A stretch of 64,000 nucleotides of DNA. Origin: Andalucia godoyi And28. Taxonomy: Eukaryota; Protista; Jakobida. A program made the position numbers and the translations under genes. Of the stretch, positions 11,101 through 21,453 are shown piece by piece (position 1 is the stretch's first letter; every line of letters starts with the position of its first letter). The DNA is taken from contig VRVR01000034.1 in the NCBI GenBank assembly GCA_009859145.1, positions 5,305 to 69,304 of the forward strand, given 5' to 3'. Under the pieces are notes generated by a model. The model was given only the letters and a program-made list of their open reading frames with translations. It had not been told where the DNA came from and searched no databases.

Positions 11101-11627
11101 TGCAGAACGAGGTCATGCAAGACTGCAAACGACCGCTCAAACTGCTGCAGCTCACTTCCGGGCGCATCTCGAGACTGTTCCGCGACGAGGACCGCGTAGA
11201 TTTGCTCTATGACTTTGCCACCATCCTTTACATCATGCAAGAGGAACCTGCGGATAGCAGTCCGGATGACGAGCACGCCGTGGTGTATGTTTGCCACGGA
11301 GAACGAAATCGCAACAGCGTCAAGTTCCATGGCGTTCCGTTCATGTTCGTTGTTGATAAATCCACGACTGCGAAGGACTTGTTGACACACGTTGGACATC
11401 GACTCCCGGCTCCAGAGGAGGAGGTTGCAAAGTGGAACGTTGTCATGCAGACATCGTCAAATGCAATGGATTTGCTGGCCCCGGAAGACTCGATCTTGGA
11501 AGCCATTGAGCGTGTTCCGCGCGGCTTCACGTATGTCTTGTTCGTGGAGCGCAAGGATACGGACCAGAAGAAACCGCAGGTGGTATCCACTCGTCACTAT
11601 GAGAGAGATATCAAGATCTACAATTGA
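8163..11627 (+). CDS. USP7: Ubiquitin carboxyl-terminal hydrolase 7 (MATH + USP + UBL domains)
   Basis: MATH (FEVGGFPWRLMMFPRGN, DWGF), Cys box GLKNQGATCYMNSLLQ, QHDVQE, His box LVHAGDVHGGHYYAF, WYKFDD, C-terminal UBL region. ATG at 8163. Confidence 0.96.
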   Translation: MADSDNADDNWSLSNNTDPEAFPDDIEMQDATGSPTPLSPLHQRDAPGSLMIGPSPAPVLQGPQSTISQQGLAVGEDYDEIDDSKYSGVYLCKSVDPLYKVYRWKIERFSQQTALKIFSDKFEVGGFPWRLMMFPRGNGSPSLSAYLEVADAAEQKGVWSRRAKFLIGVIHPDDYRRSKHMEASKLFLPEETDWGFRELIGFEELKKGGFIRNDTLVVETTVEVEPVRTPSSTAVVLADKNGSTPVQVSEEPRYVGLKNQGATCYMNSLLQTLFHLPDFRRAVYRMPTLKEDNPEKSVALALQRVFYQLQYAKHAVGTKQLTKSFGWDAVDSFMQHDVQELARVLLDNLETKMKGTSVEGTIERLFRGRMKNFIRCVNVDFTSTRSEEYYDVQLNVKDCKAIADSFKQYVDIEKLDGDNKYHAEGHGLQDAEKGVVFETFPQVLMLQLKRFNYDFVNDRMYKINDRLEFPQTLDLTPFQVQPDNQCLYELHSVLVHAGDVHGGHYYAFVRPTLDSQWYKFDDDHVIASPASEAMDENFGGTDRDRSTGLGGMAKTRRFQNNPFRRFANAYMLVYVRKSDEPTIMAPVTADEIPDHLKEWFDRELREEEARRVEKSEAHLYVSMNVVTRADLQAQAKLDLVDKLASIEPVRVRRDATFSEFKELVSKRFSIPVENQRYWKFETRQNETFRPDVEIIAEDKRSVEKVFKVQSSSYASYVGSEQRFLFVECVENCAPLSRDHIMLYFKHYDPSRNEITFVQEYAVKASSLVGSLRSKVREFMNWPEDTEVLLFEEMRIDRIEELTDSKTIVEAELQSGDIIVFQKAVTESEEYLIPTADKYLVFLANRVNVKFLPLSEPDATPFELELSLKMTHDEVAEVLGRAIGKPGSHLRFTGYSSYSNRPKMEPLKSECGTLRDMLHAGAVAASDRLFFEVLEIPLRILETKKVVNFHFLRPDSFALVECRVYVPKTATVKDVFAEAPLQNEVMQDCKRPLKLLQLTSGRISRLFRDEDRVDLLYDFATILYIMQEEPADSSPDDEHAVVYVCHGERNRNSVKFHGVPFMFVVDKSTTAKDLLTHVGHRLPAPEEEVAKWNVVMQTSSNAMDLLAPEDSILEAIERVPRGFTYVLFVERKDTDQKKPQVVSTRHYERDIKIYN

Positions 11628-11862
11628 TTTATTCCCCCGTAGGATCATAAAATGAGTTTTTAAAAAATACATAATATAATAATAATAAGAGCAATATTAA
11701 TATTGTTTTTTTTTTTTTAAATTTAAAAATATTGATTTTAACGATAAAAAGGGAGGGCAAATAGTAATCCCATTTTGACGCGCATTCGTTTCGTCTTCCT
11801 TCTGTTTGCAACATGAAAGTGCGGTGGAATCATGCACGGAGGGATGGATCTGTTCGGAAAGG

Positions 11863-14247
11863 TTAATGATCGTCGACATCCACGTCAGTTACTTGCAACT
11901 CGGTCCACCGTGGCTCTCGGGATTTTCGGTGCTTCCACCACCAACGGACAAGCGCGAGCGCCGTAGCAGTGAACAAGATGGTCGCCATGACTCCGAGGAT
12001 CCACCATGCAACTGGCGGAAATCCCGGTTCCTGTTCGCCAGGGCGCTCGGAATGCTCTTCTTCTGAACCTTGCTCTGCAAAACTCTTCAAAGGAAACGGG
12101 TCTCCAAGTGGAAGTGCGTGGGAAAACGCTGTACTATTGTCGAGATAGAGACAAGCAGATACATATGATGAAGAAAGCGCAAACGAGCCAGAAGAAACGG
12201 ACGTCAGCAAGGCAGCACGAACATACACGGCGGCATCTTCAGCAAAGTTCCACGAGACGTCACGGGAGTCGGGAAACAAGGGAGAGAATTCACGCGGAAG
12301 CGGGGACCATGCCGGATACCATTCATTGAAGTTGAACGTCACGAACGAAGTTGTTGGAAACCGGGAAACAGGTAATCCAATCTTTTGCGCTTCCGCCGAG
12401 AACGGATCAAACCATTCCGCAATGTCGTTCCACTCGAGAATGTTTCCACCGGCATATATGGAGGAATCCAAATCCCTGTTGGGATAGCCGCCTTTCACGA
12501 GCACCAGCCCGGCGCCTCGATAGCGAATATGAGAGGTGAAGAGGGAGCATGCAGAGCCGCACTGAGAATCCGAAAGCAACACCACCCGGTCAAAGGAGTG
12601 CACGACCGACGAGCTGAAGATTTGCTTCTGTACAGACCAGAGATCAGAATCCGCAGGGAAGGCACACTGAGGAGGATAATAACCCTTTGCGGTGAAGGCC
12701 ACAGATGCTCCCGCGCGGTTCTGCACGACAGTGGGATCGTACCACTCGTGGATGTTCGTAGAAAAGACGCCGTCCTTTGGGTTGATTCGATATCGCTTCA
12801 ACGCGTCCTTGCTGGCCAAAAAATCAGTGAATCGACTCTTTTTGAAGTCGTATACCTCCATCGTGTTGCGAATTCCGGAAAGCGATGAGAGACTTCCCCA
12901 TTTGTCCCGGAATAGGAGGCTAGAGGAGAGCACGGCCAGGCAAATGAATCCTCCTGGATTGTTCCGAACATCGATCACCATGCGATGTATTCCGCGGGCC
13001 TTTGCGTCGACACGACACAATTCCACGGTCTGCAAATAGCTGGTAACGATGTCCCGCGTGGTGACATTTGGCAACAGCACCGCGTCTGCCATTGGCTGAA
13101 AGGTGCTGAGACGCAATATCAGTCGGTCCGGGAAGCGACCACTGACGCCACACCAAACATCACTGGTGATCGATTTTCGCAGAATTTGAATGTCGTCGGA
13201 CGCAGAGAGGGCGCTTGGACGATGAAACGATCGAAATCCGACAGCACGATGCGGCAAGTTATGCGAGAGCCTGAAGTTCTTAGCGAATCCCGCAGATGCA
13301 TCGTCGGAACTCATTGGACAGTCGTCAAGGCGTTTGTCCTTGAGCAGCGCAGGCAGTGGACGACGGCGGACTGCTGATTCAAAGTCTCCAGCATTCGCGT
13401 ATGACACCATGGGGAGGACAGCGATTGGGACGGTACAACAGTCCTTTTGTCCGCCAACAGAATCTGCAAAACAAAGCGCAAAGACGGAGCGCGACGAATC
13501 AAAAGGATAATCATATCCTAACCTGAAGCCACCAACCGTGAGTGTTGTCAGCGCAATGTTCAGACGCGCTCCGGCATCCCGTGCTGTTCCAAGCCGCGGC
13601 ATCAAAACCTGCTCGATCCACACCAGCGTCGGCATGTCGTTGACGTCTGTGAGGAGCCGGCCGCTTGCGCTTTCCAGCACTGACAAATTGTAGAACTGAC
13701 TTTGCTCGACAACCCGAAACTCAAACTGGTCCCCCGAAGCATATGACGCAGCGACGAGCAGCGGAAATGGAACCAATAGCTCCGTGTACGGAATAGGTGC
13801 AGTGTATTCAAGATGAGAGTCTCCAAATCGGCGAAACAGACGCGAAAGATCCTCGTGAAACTGAAAATCAAACATGTCACCGGCCACCGTCGTCGTCTGG
13901 TTGGAAACGCCCGAATACTTGGTCTCGATGGCCTCGATTTCCTTGAAAAAATCCACAGAAATGTTGAAAGGCGGCCCTGAATTTCGGGAAATCTCTGTAA
14001 ACGAGTACATCTCAGCCAGATTGCGCACTTGCAAGAGGGTCTCGGTCCGAGTGGCTGGATCGAGTGGAACCGAGCGCAAGCACTGCAGCAACGAATCCAT
14101 GGTGGTCAGCGCATCCGCAATGAAGATGCATTCAGATGCATTTCCTATCCCGTGTCCAAACGTACCACCACAAATGCTGCTGCACACAAGGGCGCATAAT
14201 GCAAGGATTGCAAGCGGACGCGGCGTCCTCAAAAACGAGAACTGCAT
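11863..14247 (-). CDS. Secreted/type-I membrane peptidase of family S41 (tail-specific protease-like, fungal UstP-type)
   Basis: Signal peptide (LAILALCALVCSSICGG), VIDVRNNPGG motif, catalytic-Ser region SDSQCGSACSLF, YAGGN, and C-terminal TM (WWILGVMATILFTATALALVRWWW) with a short basic tail. Confidence 0.78.
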   Translation of the reverse strand: MQFSFLRTPRPLAILALCALVCSSICGGTFGHGIGNASECIFIADALTTMDSLLQCLRSVPLDPATRTETLLQVRNLAEMYSFTEISRNSGPPFNISVDFFKEIEAIETKYSGVSNQTTTVAGDMFDFQFHEDLSRLFRRFGDSHLEYTAPIPYTELLVPFPLLVAASYASGDQFEFRVVEQSQFYNLSVLESASGRLLTDVNDMPTLVWIEQVLMPRLGTARDAGARLNIALTTLTVGGFRLGYDYPFDSSRSVFALCFADSVGGQKDCCTVPIAVLPMVSYANAGDFESAVRRRPLPALLKDKRLDDCPMSSDDASAGFAKNFRLSHNLPHRAVGFRSFHRPSALSASDDIQILRKSITSDVWCGVSGRFPDRLILRLSTFQPMADAVLLPNVTTRDIVTSYLQTVELCRVDAKARGIHRMVIDVRNNPGGFICLAVLSSSLLFRDKWGSLSSLSGIRNTMEVYDFKKSRFTDFLASKDALKRYRINPKDGVFSTNIHEWYDPTVVQNRAGASVAFTAKGYYPPQCAFPADSDLWSVQKQIFSSSVVHSFDRVVLLSDSQCGSACSLFTSHIRYRGAGLVLVKGGYPNRDLDSSIYAGGNILEWNDIAEWFDPFSAEAQKIGLPVSRFPTTSFVTFNFNEWYPAWSPLPREFSPLFPDSRDVSWNFAEDAAVYVRAALLTSVSSGSFALSSSYVSACLYLDNSTAFSHALPLGDPFPLKSFAEQGSEEEHSERPGEQEPGFPPVAWWILGVMATILFTATALALVRWWWKHRKSREPRWTELQVTDVDVDDH

Positions 14248-14695
14248 GCACTCTTTCTATAAAACCCGTCCGACCTCCAACGATCTATGCTTACCCTTGG
14301 ATGCTACCCGTGGCCTGCTCACTCTGCATCTGGTAGCACGCCATGTCACACAAGGAGACAAAATGAAAATGCTTGTGCGTCTTTTGTGTCCCTTGGCACG
14401 TACACGGCGAAGACATATTCCAAAGGTTTCTCTGAAGGCGCCGACAGCGGAGAAAAAAATTGGGTGTCGGATATTTTCTGAGTTTGGCGTCAAGTTCCCC
14501 CGGAGCTCGACAGTTTCGTCAAAAGAGGGAGAGGATTCCTCTCGTAGTTGGACCTTTGCTGTACGACAGCCGAACTGGTCTTTTGGCCTTTTGGGAAGAA
14601 AGAAAAACGGAAAACGGAAAACGGAAAAGGCGGGACTGGGCATTCGCTCTGAAACCTGCGGTGCACGAGTTCCACGAACCGAATACTCAGGAGAC

Positions 14696-16114
14696 ATGAG
14701 CGGAAGGTTGTATTCGTACGGCCGAGGCGTGTTGGGTGCGCTCGGTCATGGTCATTTCCAAGATGTGCGACTGCCGACTCTACTTCCTTCTTTGACGAAT
14801 GTGCAAGTTTCGCACATTGCAGCTGGTTGGGCTCACTCTGCTGCAATTACATCTTCTGGAGACGAGTCGGTGTTTCCTGCGAATTCCCTGCTTGTGTGGG
14901 GAAGAACGCATGATTCGCGATCTGCATTGTCGATTGCCGCGCTTTCCAACACGGTCCCGTTGCTAGGAATGATCGCGAATGCGTTCAGCAAACGAAACAC
15001 CGTGAGCTCCATCGTACCGTCTGCAGTGACTGCGCAATCTCAACTGCAGTTTCTGTCGGTGGCATGCACGGCTGCAGCGACGTTTGCGATTGACTCGACA
15101 GGTTCGCTGTGGACCTTTGGTGAAAACTCGTTTGGTCGATGCGGAGTTCGCGATCCATCGATGATATTCGATCCACTGTGCGTCTGGGATTCTGCAAAGA
15201 GGGGCGTTCGATTGATCGCTGTGGCATGCGGCTATTCTCATACGATTGTGCTCGATGAAATGGGCAGAGCATACGGGTTTGGAAAGTCGGATCGGGGCCA
15301 AACGGGAGTGGATCTTCTTCGAGCGTCACTTCAGAACCCAGAGCCTGTTGCTAATTCTCCCGCCACCAAGCAGTCTCCAGTTGTCCGTGCAGACTGCGTT
15401 TTCTCTCCTACAATGATTCAGGATTTGGCTGGCGAAAAAATTGTCAAGATTGCGGCGGGGTTTGCACACAGCGTTGCGTTATCGTCGACTGGAAATGTGT
15501 ATATTTGGGGAAAGTACCAGGGTGGTACATGGCTGGATGAGCAGGACCGCCAAGCGCAGGTGAACAAAACAAAACCGCAGTCATTTTTGTCCAAACGCTT
15601 CAACGTAGCCTCCGCCGTTCCGTTTCCTTCGGATGCGACGCGGCCTCGCAAGATGATGGCGTTTTCGCAGCTGGTAGTCAACGTAGCCGCAGGACAACAC
15701 CACACGCTAGTTGAGACGCAGGATGGCAAGATATGGGCGTTTGGGATGAACCGACATGGACAGGTGTATGTAGAAGACCCTTCCGTCTTTCACGAAGAGT
15801 CTGCGCAGGCTGGCGGACTGGCTGGTGATTTTGCAACGGGAAACGATCGTCTTGTGGATCTTTACGGAGTGACAGGTGGAAACAAGGAGTACTTGTTTGT
15901 GCTCGAGCCTCGTTGCATCTTTGAACCGGCGGAGAATGGGGTCAACCAGCTCGTGGGTGGTTTCTCGGATTCCGCTATCGTCACAAAGGACGGCGCTGCA
16001 CTTCGATACAGTCTGGGTGCTTGGAGACCGTTGGCAGGTACACAAGATCTCCGCGTCACCAACCTCGCCATTGGCTGGAAGCATTCATTGGTCGTTGCAA
16101 CCCCCAGGGCGTAG
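14696..16114 (+). CDS. RCC1-repeat beta-propeller protein
   Basis: Repeats YSYGRGVLGALGHG, IAAGWAHSAAI, WTFGENSFGRCG, VACGYSHTIVL, FGKSDRGQTG, IAAGFAHSVAL, VAAGQHHTLV, LAIGWKHSLV. ATG at 14696. Confidence 0.9.
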   Translation: MSGRLYSYGRGVLGALGHGHFQDVRLPTLLPSLTNVQVSHIAAGWAHSAAITSSGDESVFPANSLLVWGRTHDSRSALSIAALSNTVPLLGMIANAFSKRNTVSSIVPSAVTAQSQLQFLSVACTAAATFAIDSTGSLWTFGENSFGRCGVRDPSMIFDPLCVWDSAKRGVRLIAVACGYSHTIVLDEMGRAYGFGKSDRGQTGVDLLRASLQNPEPVANSPATKQSPVVRADCVFSPTMIQDLAGEKIVKIAAGFAHSVALSSTGNVYIWGKYQGGTWLDEQDRQAQVNKTKPQSFLSKRFNVASAVPFPSDATRPRKMMAFSQLVVNVAAGQHHTLVETQDGKIWAFGMNRHGQVYVEDPSVFHEESAQAGGLAGDFATGNDRLVDLYGVTGGNKEYLFVLEPRCIFEPAENGVNQLVGGFSDSAIVTKDGAALRYSLGAWRPLAGTQDLRVTNLAIGWKHSLVVATPRA

Positions 16115-16271
16115 TCTATTGGCGTCTGAGTATTGCATATCTTTTTGTACGTTTTCCTTTTGAACAGTAGATTGAGCATCACAAATGCATTCCTCCCCTC
16201 ATTTCCCTTCCTCCTTCCTGCAACTCCTGCTCTTGTTCGTGTCGATGGGTCTGGGTTTGCAGCAAAGGCGG

Positions 16272-16994
16272 CTACTCTGCTTTGTCATTGTGGAGGTGGT
16301 CGAAACTATCGAACGGCACAAAGGTATTGAGAGTCGTATAGCGCGAAAAAACGACGAACAGCCTGCGGAACCACACAAATTGGCTGTGGTGGGCGGACAT
16401 GGCCCGGTGACTTGCAGCCCATGACGGTTTCCAAATCACCAGTTTTCGATTTTCAGATGGCTTTGTGATTGGAGGGCAAAGACCGGCAGCCTCGGCATAC
16501 GAAAATGGGATGTCCAACAGGCCGGAATACTTCCGCGCCAGATTGACGGATTCCAAGAACCAGAGCTTCGCACTGCTCACAGCGGGACTTGTCGTGGAAT
16601 CGCTTGAAAAGAGATTGCGCACACAGTGGTACGTTGCACGATGGTTCGGGTGACCACTCACTCCAAAAGCGTCAAATGTGTACACCTCATCTGGCTTCCA
16701 TTTTTCAATGTGCTGCAAAACCACGCTCGATGCCGCGTCCATGTCCCAGTCGGAAGCCGGTCCGTCCTGAAACCCCGGGTCATCGATCACGGAAATGTGA
16801 GATGCAGGGATACGAAACACGGACCCGGCCGCAACGAGTTCTTTTCCGCGGATTGCGCCTTGTCGGCCAAAGTTCCCAGTCGTCAAGCAGAGCCAATAGA
16901 TCGCGACTGACTGTTCGACGAGCTGAAGCAACAGTGGCACAAAAAACATTGACTCATCATCGGGATGCGCAAACACGAGTAGCGCACTCTTCAT
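16272..16994 (-). CDS. PIGL: GlcNAc-PI de-N-acetylase (GPI anchor biosynthesis)
   Basis: AHPDDESMFF, GAIRGKEL, TFDAFGVSGHPNH, AMSAHHSQFVWFRRLFVVFSRY. Confidence 0.95.
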   Translation of the reverse strand: MKSALLVFAHPDDESMFFVPLLLQLVEQSVAIYWLCLTTGNFGRQGAIRGKELVAAGSVFRIPASHISVIDDPGFQDGPASDWDMDAASSVVLQHIEKWKPDEVYTFDAFGVSGHPNHRATYHCVRNLFSSDSTTSPAVSSAKLWFLESVNLARKYSGLLDIPFSYAEAAGLCPPITKPSENRKLVIWKPSWAASHRAMSAHHSQFVWFRRLFVVFSRYTTLNTFVPFDSFDHLHNDKAE

Positions 16995-17326
16995 GATCCA
17001 GTCCGCACGGTTCTCTCCTCTTTTTTGGCTGTCGTTTGGAATTCGGGATGATGCGTGTATTCTTCAGAAATGAAGTCAAATTCGAAAATACGCAACAAAC
17101 AACAACCAAAACAATAAACAAAACAAAAACAAGAAAGGAAGGAAGACAAGAACGAGAAAAAATCGCAGAATAGTAACACTTCATTTTCATGCATGCGCAT
17201 CCGGAAAGTCGCATTCGTACGACAAGCGGCTGCCGCTGGATTTGTTGAGTCCTTGGATCTCGAGGGCGAGAAACGGACAGGCGAACGTGTTGCATTCCGC
17301 GGGTGGAACGCCATCGAGCATCGAAG

Positions 17327-17357
17327 TGGTGGTGGTGGTGGTGGTGGTGGTGGTGGT
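17327..17357. repeat. (GGT)n microsatellite
   Basis: Direct: about 10 ggt units, intergenic. Confidence 0.9.
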
Positions 17358-17381
17358 GCGAGGGAAAATAGAGGGACATGT

Positions 17382-19049
17382 TTACAGTTTAATCTGCCCC
17401 GCCAGTCGAACGACATCCTCGCCATACTTTTGGGCATCCAAAAATACGATTGGATCGAACCCGAGACCGCGAGCGATTTCCACAGATGTAGTGTCCTTTT
17501 GGAGGATCATATCAATGGCGCGAAGCATATACAAGACCGTTTCCTTATTGTCTTCCTGTGCAATCCAGTGGACAAGGGCAGAGAGCAGCTCGATGGACGC
17601 CTCGCCCAAGACCGACGGGTCCGCAGAGAGCATGATATTGTTCGCCATTGCAGCAGCAACCATGCGCAAAAACGGTGCTGGGGCATGCATTGCTTCGCAC
17701 GCAAGCTCGACAACCTTGTATGCATACGGCGAGTCCAAAGACCGCAAGAACGACTGCGCGTTGCAAATGACGTTGCTCAGCAATCGAAGACTGGTCAGCG
17801 CAAACGTCTTGTCTTGTGCCTCGACGTGCTTCACAAGAGTGTCAACAACAATCAGAAGGCGATCTCGGAAAGTCGTTGCAAGCTGTTCTACAAACGCCGG
17901 TTCGAGCGAAAGGAGTCGCAGAATATCCCAGATCGGAAACTGCTGCGGAGTAGGCACTCTTCCAAGAAGCTCCGGCGAGAAAAGAGCTTCAAGGTATACA
18001 GAAGGCGGATGCGGAAGCGGCGTCTTTGAACGCAAGAATGATTCTACTTGTCGGACCAACGTTACGTGGCGATCAGCAATTGCACACTCCGACAAGACAG
18101 GATACAATTTGGAAAAGAGACCATTGAAATTGCAGTTGCGGAACACAATTGGCGTTGACCGGACAGGAAGTTCTTGTCCAAGCGTTCGCGGGGACCCTGA
18201 AAACGCAGCTGCTGCAGATGGCGTGCCTGGAGGCTGCATAAACGACTCGGGGGCGCCACCAGCACCCGTGAACATCTGGTCGATCAGCGGGCGGATCATC
18301 GCACCAAATGGAGTCGCCATGACCTCCGAAGGAAGACCTGTGATGTGCGCTGGAATAGGCCGACCGACAAGGAACATGCTGGATTCTCGCGTGAAATCAT
18401 TACAGTTGTTCTCAAGAAGATGATAAGTGTACATGTTGAACCGAGAGGACAGCTGCTGCAGATACGCCAGGAACTCTCCCTGTTCTTTTGTAGTCTCTCC
18501 CAACCTGCATGAAGAAGCGAAGCAAGTGCTGTTAGTGGAAAAAACGACGACAGAATCCGCGGGGGGCGGAAGACACAGAGGAACACACAAAACAACGGCA
18601 ACAAGAAACGTGGAATAAGAGGAACAAGAATAAAAGGCGACATACTCGATCACTTCATGCGGAGCACCAAATGGGGTGTTTGCCTACTCGTGTGGGGAAA
18701 AGAGGAAGAGAGAAAAGACGGAGAAAAGAACCACAAATGATGATGCATGCGACACAGATTATGATTAGCAGATGTTTGTTGTTGTTGCTGTCTTGTTTTG
18801 CATCGTGTGTTTTTTGGTTGTTTGTTTTGTTTTTGGAATTTTTTTTTCTTTTTGTGCAAGTATTTTTTTCAAAAGCGCACATACCGGATAGCCCTGCTGG
18901 ATGCCCTGGCCATAGAAATACTCTGTGCCATACACGACGATTCCCGTGTGCCATATTCCGTCAATGTACTTTCCAAGAAGCATTGGGGAAAGCTGGCGTG
19001 CCATTCCCCGACTGAGGTCGTACACGTGCAGCGTAACTTTGTGCGGCAT
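17382..19049 (-). CDS. PPPDE/DeSI peptidase fused to PUL domain; 3 exons: 19049-18885, 18683-18646, 18504-17382 (441 aa)
   Basis: The spliced product reads VTLHVYDLSRGMA...GIWHTGIVVYGTEYFYG...YPANTPFGAPHEVIELGETTKEQGEFL...YHLLENNCNDF, with the His/Cys dyad intact, then PUL-like FPIWDILRLL. Both introns are GTATGT...AG and the joined length of 1326 nt is in frame. Confidence 0.88.
18505..18645 (-). other. Spliceosomal intron 2 of PPPDE-PUL (141 nt)
   Basis: GTATGT donor, CACTAAC branch site, CAG acceptor, phase 2. Confidence 0.8.
18684..18884 (-). other. Spliceosomal intron 1 of PPPDE-PUL (201 nt)
   Basis: GTATGT donor, TAG acceptor, phase 0; splicing restores DeSI homology. Confidence 0.8.
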
Positions 19050-19443
19050 TGCGGTGGCTGGCTGCTCCTGAAGTCTCGTCTGTTTTTCCTTTCTTTCTTT
19101 GTTTGTTAAACGGTTAAGTACTTGTAGTAAAAAACCGGGGAACAGATTGCGATTATTCCAGCGACCAGCAAAGGGTCTTCCACTTGATCCTTGCGTCCCA
19201 AACGAGAAACTGTGAAAGAAAAGGCCCGGCACTTTTTCCGCTGTACGCATCGGACATCGACCGAAGAGCATGCGCCATCGGCCATACCACATGGGGACTC
19301 GTAGGACGCAGACCAAAGCGAGCGCACTGTGGATCGAGCATTGGGTAGGGTGCAAAAAAAAAAATTAAACAATAAGAAAATATAAAAAAGAAGGATCCGT
19401 GGCAGTGATTGGAGAATCGGTGGAAAACATTGAACACCGCACA

Positions 19444-21222
19444 ATGTCGCTGATCGTTGATCTCCATCGGACGCTGGTCGAGCAGCAGTCGTCAACGCAG
19501 CAATTGACTCTGTTATGCGATCAATACAACGATGTTTTGCGGATGATGGCGCGTGATCGTGAGACATGCTTCCAGCTCAAATCTGATCTTGCACGGGCAA
19601 CGGAAGAGAACAGTCGTCTTCGAAAAACCGTGTTGCATCTTGAAAAGAATTCCAGTGGAACCGGGCCGGAAAGCAGCGAACTGCTGCAGTCTGCACAGGC
19701 AAAGATCAAGGAGCTCGACGACAAGGTTCGGGCGCAAGCGGAGGAACTGACGACACTGTTGCGGTACAAGGCTCTGTCGTCTGCTGATATGCTTGATCTC
19801 TCAAAGGAGAACAAGCAGCAGGCCAAGATCATTGAAGACCAGACTGCATCCATCAGCGTCCTTCAGTCGCAGCTTTCGGAATCGGCGGCAAGCCGTGGCC
19901 GACTGGAAAACGCTCTCGAGGTCATGCGGAGGGAATATGAGGCACTGCAAAAGCAAGTGGAAAGCAAGGACAAGGAGCTGCGAGACCAGTCTATTTTGCT
20001 TTCTCGGCTGCAAGAAAAGATGGTCAGCTCCGTCCAGACACATGCGGATATGCTGAATGATGCAAACAATGAAAACGAAGCGCTGAGAAGAGAAATCAAG
20101 AAGCTGCAGAGCCAGCTGGCAGAGGCGATGAAACGGCTTGCAGACGGAAGCTTCGTGGATGTTTCGTCGGACGTTGTTGGCTCCCCGTCGTCTGCGTCTG
20201 CTGGGTCTGGAGCTCATGGAAAGGAGTCGAATTCATACTTGTCGCGAGTCGGTCTGAGCAACGACACCTCTGCAGCTCGAAAGATGCTCAGCCACGCGCC
20301 TTCTGAGGTATATAAGCGAGTGGAGGGTGCACATGATACCGAGCTGAATGGAGTGGCTATGGTCTCGGAAGGCGTGATGCCCACTCTTGCCACAGTGTCG
20401 TCCGGAAAGACGGTGCTGTTGTGGGAGGCGCGGACGTTCACACCCACAGGGCCTCTGTCCGGCTCAACACAGGCGCTGCTGGCAGTGGATCTCACCTCCC
20501 CGGCCCTCTCTATTCAGCCGATGGTCCTGGCTGCTGGAAACGACGCAACCTGTCGTGTCTGGACACTGGGCGTGAATCGTCTGCGGCACGCTCTGACGGG
20601 ACACACTGCAAAGATCCATGGAGCGCGGTTCAATGCGGATGCTCGTTTCATCATTACTGGCTCCCACGATCGAACTCTGAAGCTTTGGGATGTTGGAACC
20701 GGGTACTGTATCCGGACGATCCCCTGCGGCTCGTCGTGCAATGATGTGTGCTTCGGACCCACTGGGGACGACATTGTGGTCTCGGGGCATCTCGATGGTT
20801 CTGTGCGGGTATTCGACGCCCGTGATGCAAGAGTTGTTGGCGAGCTAAAGGGGCTTCATTCGCAGCAGGTCACGTCCGTTGCGGTTGCTCGCGATGGCAT
20901 GCGGGTGCTTACCAATGGCCGCGACTCTGTGTTGCGTCTCGTGGACATTCGCATGCAGTCGCAGCAGTCCGAGCTCATGGCATTCAGGCATGCCGATTTC
21001 AAGTCGGGGGTCAACTGGAATCGCGCATGCATGTCTCCAGATGGTATGTATGTCGCTGCTGGAGGGCTGAACGGCCGCCTGTTTGTATGGAACACCGGAA
21101 CAGCCAAATTGGAATGCTCGTTGGAGGGTCACGAAAAGCCCATTTCGTCCGTCATCTGGAGTTCCGATGGCCAGCAACTTGTGTCTGTCGGCCTTGACGG
21201 CGCCCTGGTTGTCTGGAGGTGA
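19444..21222 (+). CDS. ATG16L1: Autophagy protein ATG16L1 (coiled coil + 7 WD40)
   Basis: N-terminal coiled coil, then LRHALTGHTAKI, ITGSHDRTLKLWD, SSCNDV, SGHLDGSVRVFD, NWNRACMSPDGMYVAAGG. First ATG is 19444; the frame is open from 19399, so the start is uncertain. Confidence 0.88.
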   Translation: MSLIVDLHRTLVEQQSSTQQLTLLCDQYNDVLRMMARDRETCFQLKSDLARATEENSRLRKTVLHLEKNSSGTGPESSELLQSAQAKIKELDDKVRAQAEELTTLLRYKALSSADMLDLSKENKQQAKIIEDQTASISVLQSQLSESAASRGRLENALEVMRREYEALQKQVESKDKELRDQSILLSRLQEKMVSSVQTHADMLNDANNENEALRREIKKLQSQLAEAMKRLADGSFVDVSSDVVGSPSSASAGSGAHGKESNSYLSRVGLSNDTSAARKMLSHAPSEVYKRVEGAHDTELNGVAMVSEGVMPTLATVSSGKTVLLWEARTFTPTGPLSGSTQALLAVDLTSPALSIQPMVLAAGNDATCRVWTLGVNRLRHALTGHTAKIHGARFNADARFIITGSHDRTLKLWDVGTGYCIRTIPCGSSCNDVCFGPTGDDIVVSGHLDGSVRVFDARDARVVGELKGLHSQQVTSVAVARDGMRVLTNGRDSVLRLVDIRMQSQQSELMAFRHADFKSGVNWNRACMSPDGMYVAAGGLNGRLFVWNTGTAKLECSLEGHEKPISSVIWSSDGQQLVSVGLDGALVVWR

Positions 21223-21453
21223 AAAAGAAACATAAGAAGACATAAGAAGACAGGAAAAAAGAAATTAAATTACGATTGCAGTCAACGACAAAGAAATGAC
21301 TGATTTTTTTTTGTTTATTGTTTCACTTTGTTTACTTGGTTTTTGTTTTTGTTTTAGTCATGTTCTGCTGCTTCACCAAACGTCGACAGAGCATACGAGA
21401 AACGACAGGCAGGCGAGAACATTCGAAACTAGGAAAGGGAAAGGCCAAACAAA

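Noticed and set aside
13874-14695. 274-codon open extension upstream of the RCC1 repeats, overlapping the S41 gene antisense
   Set aside because: RCC1 homology starts right at ATG 14696; the extension crosses intergenic sequence and has no protein-like signal.
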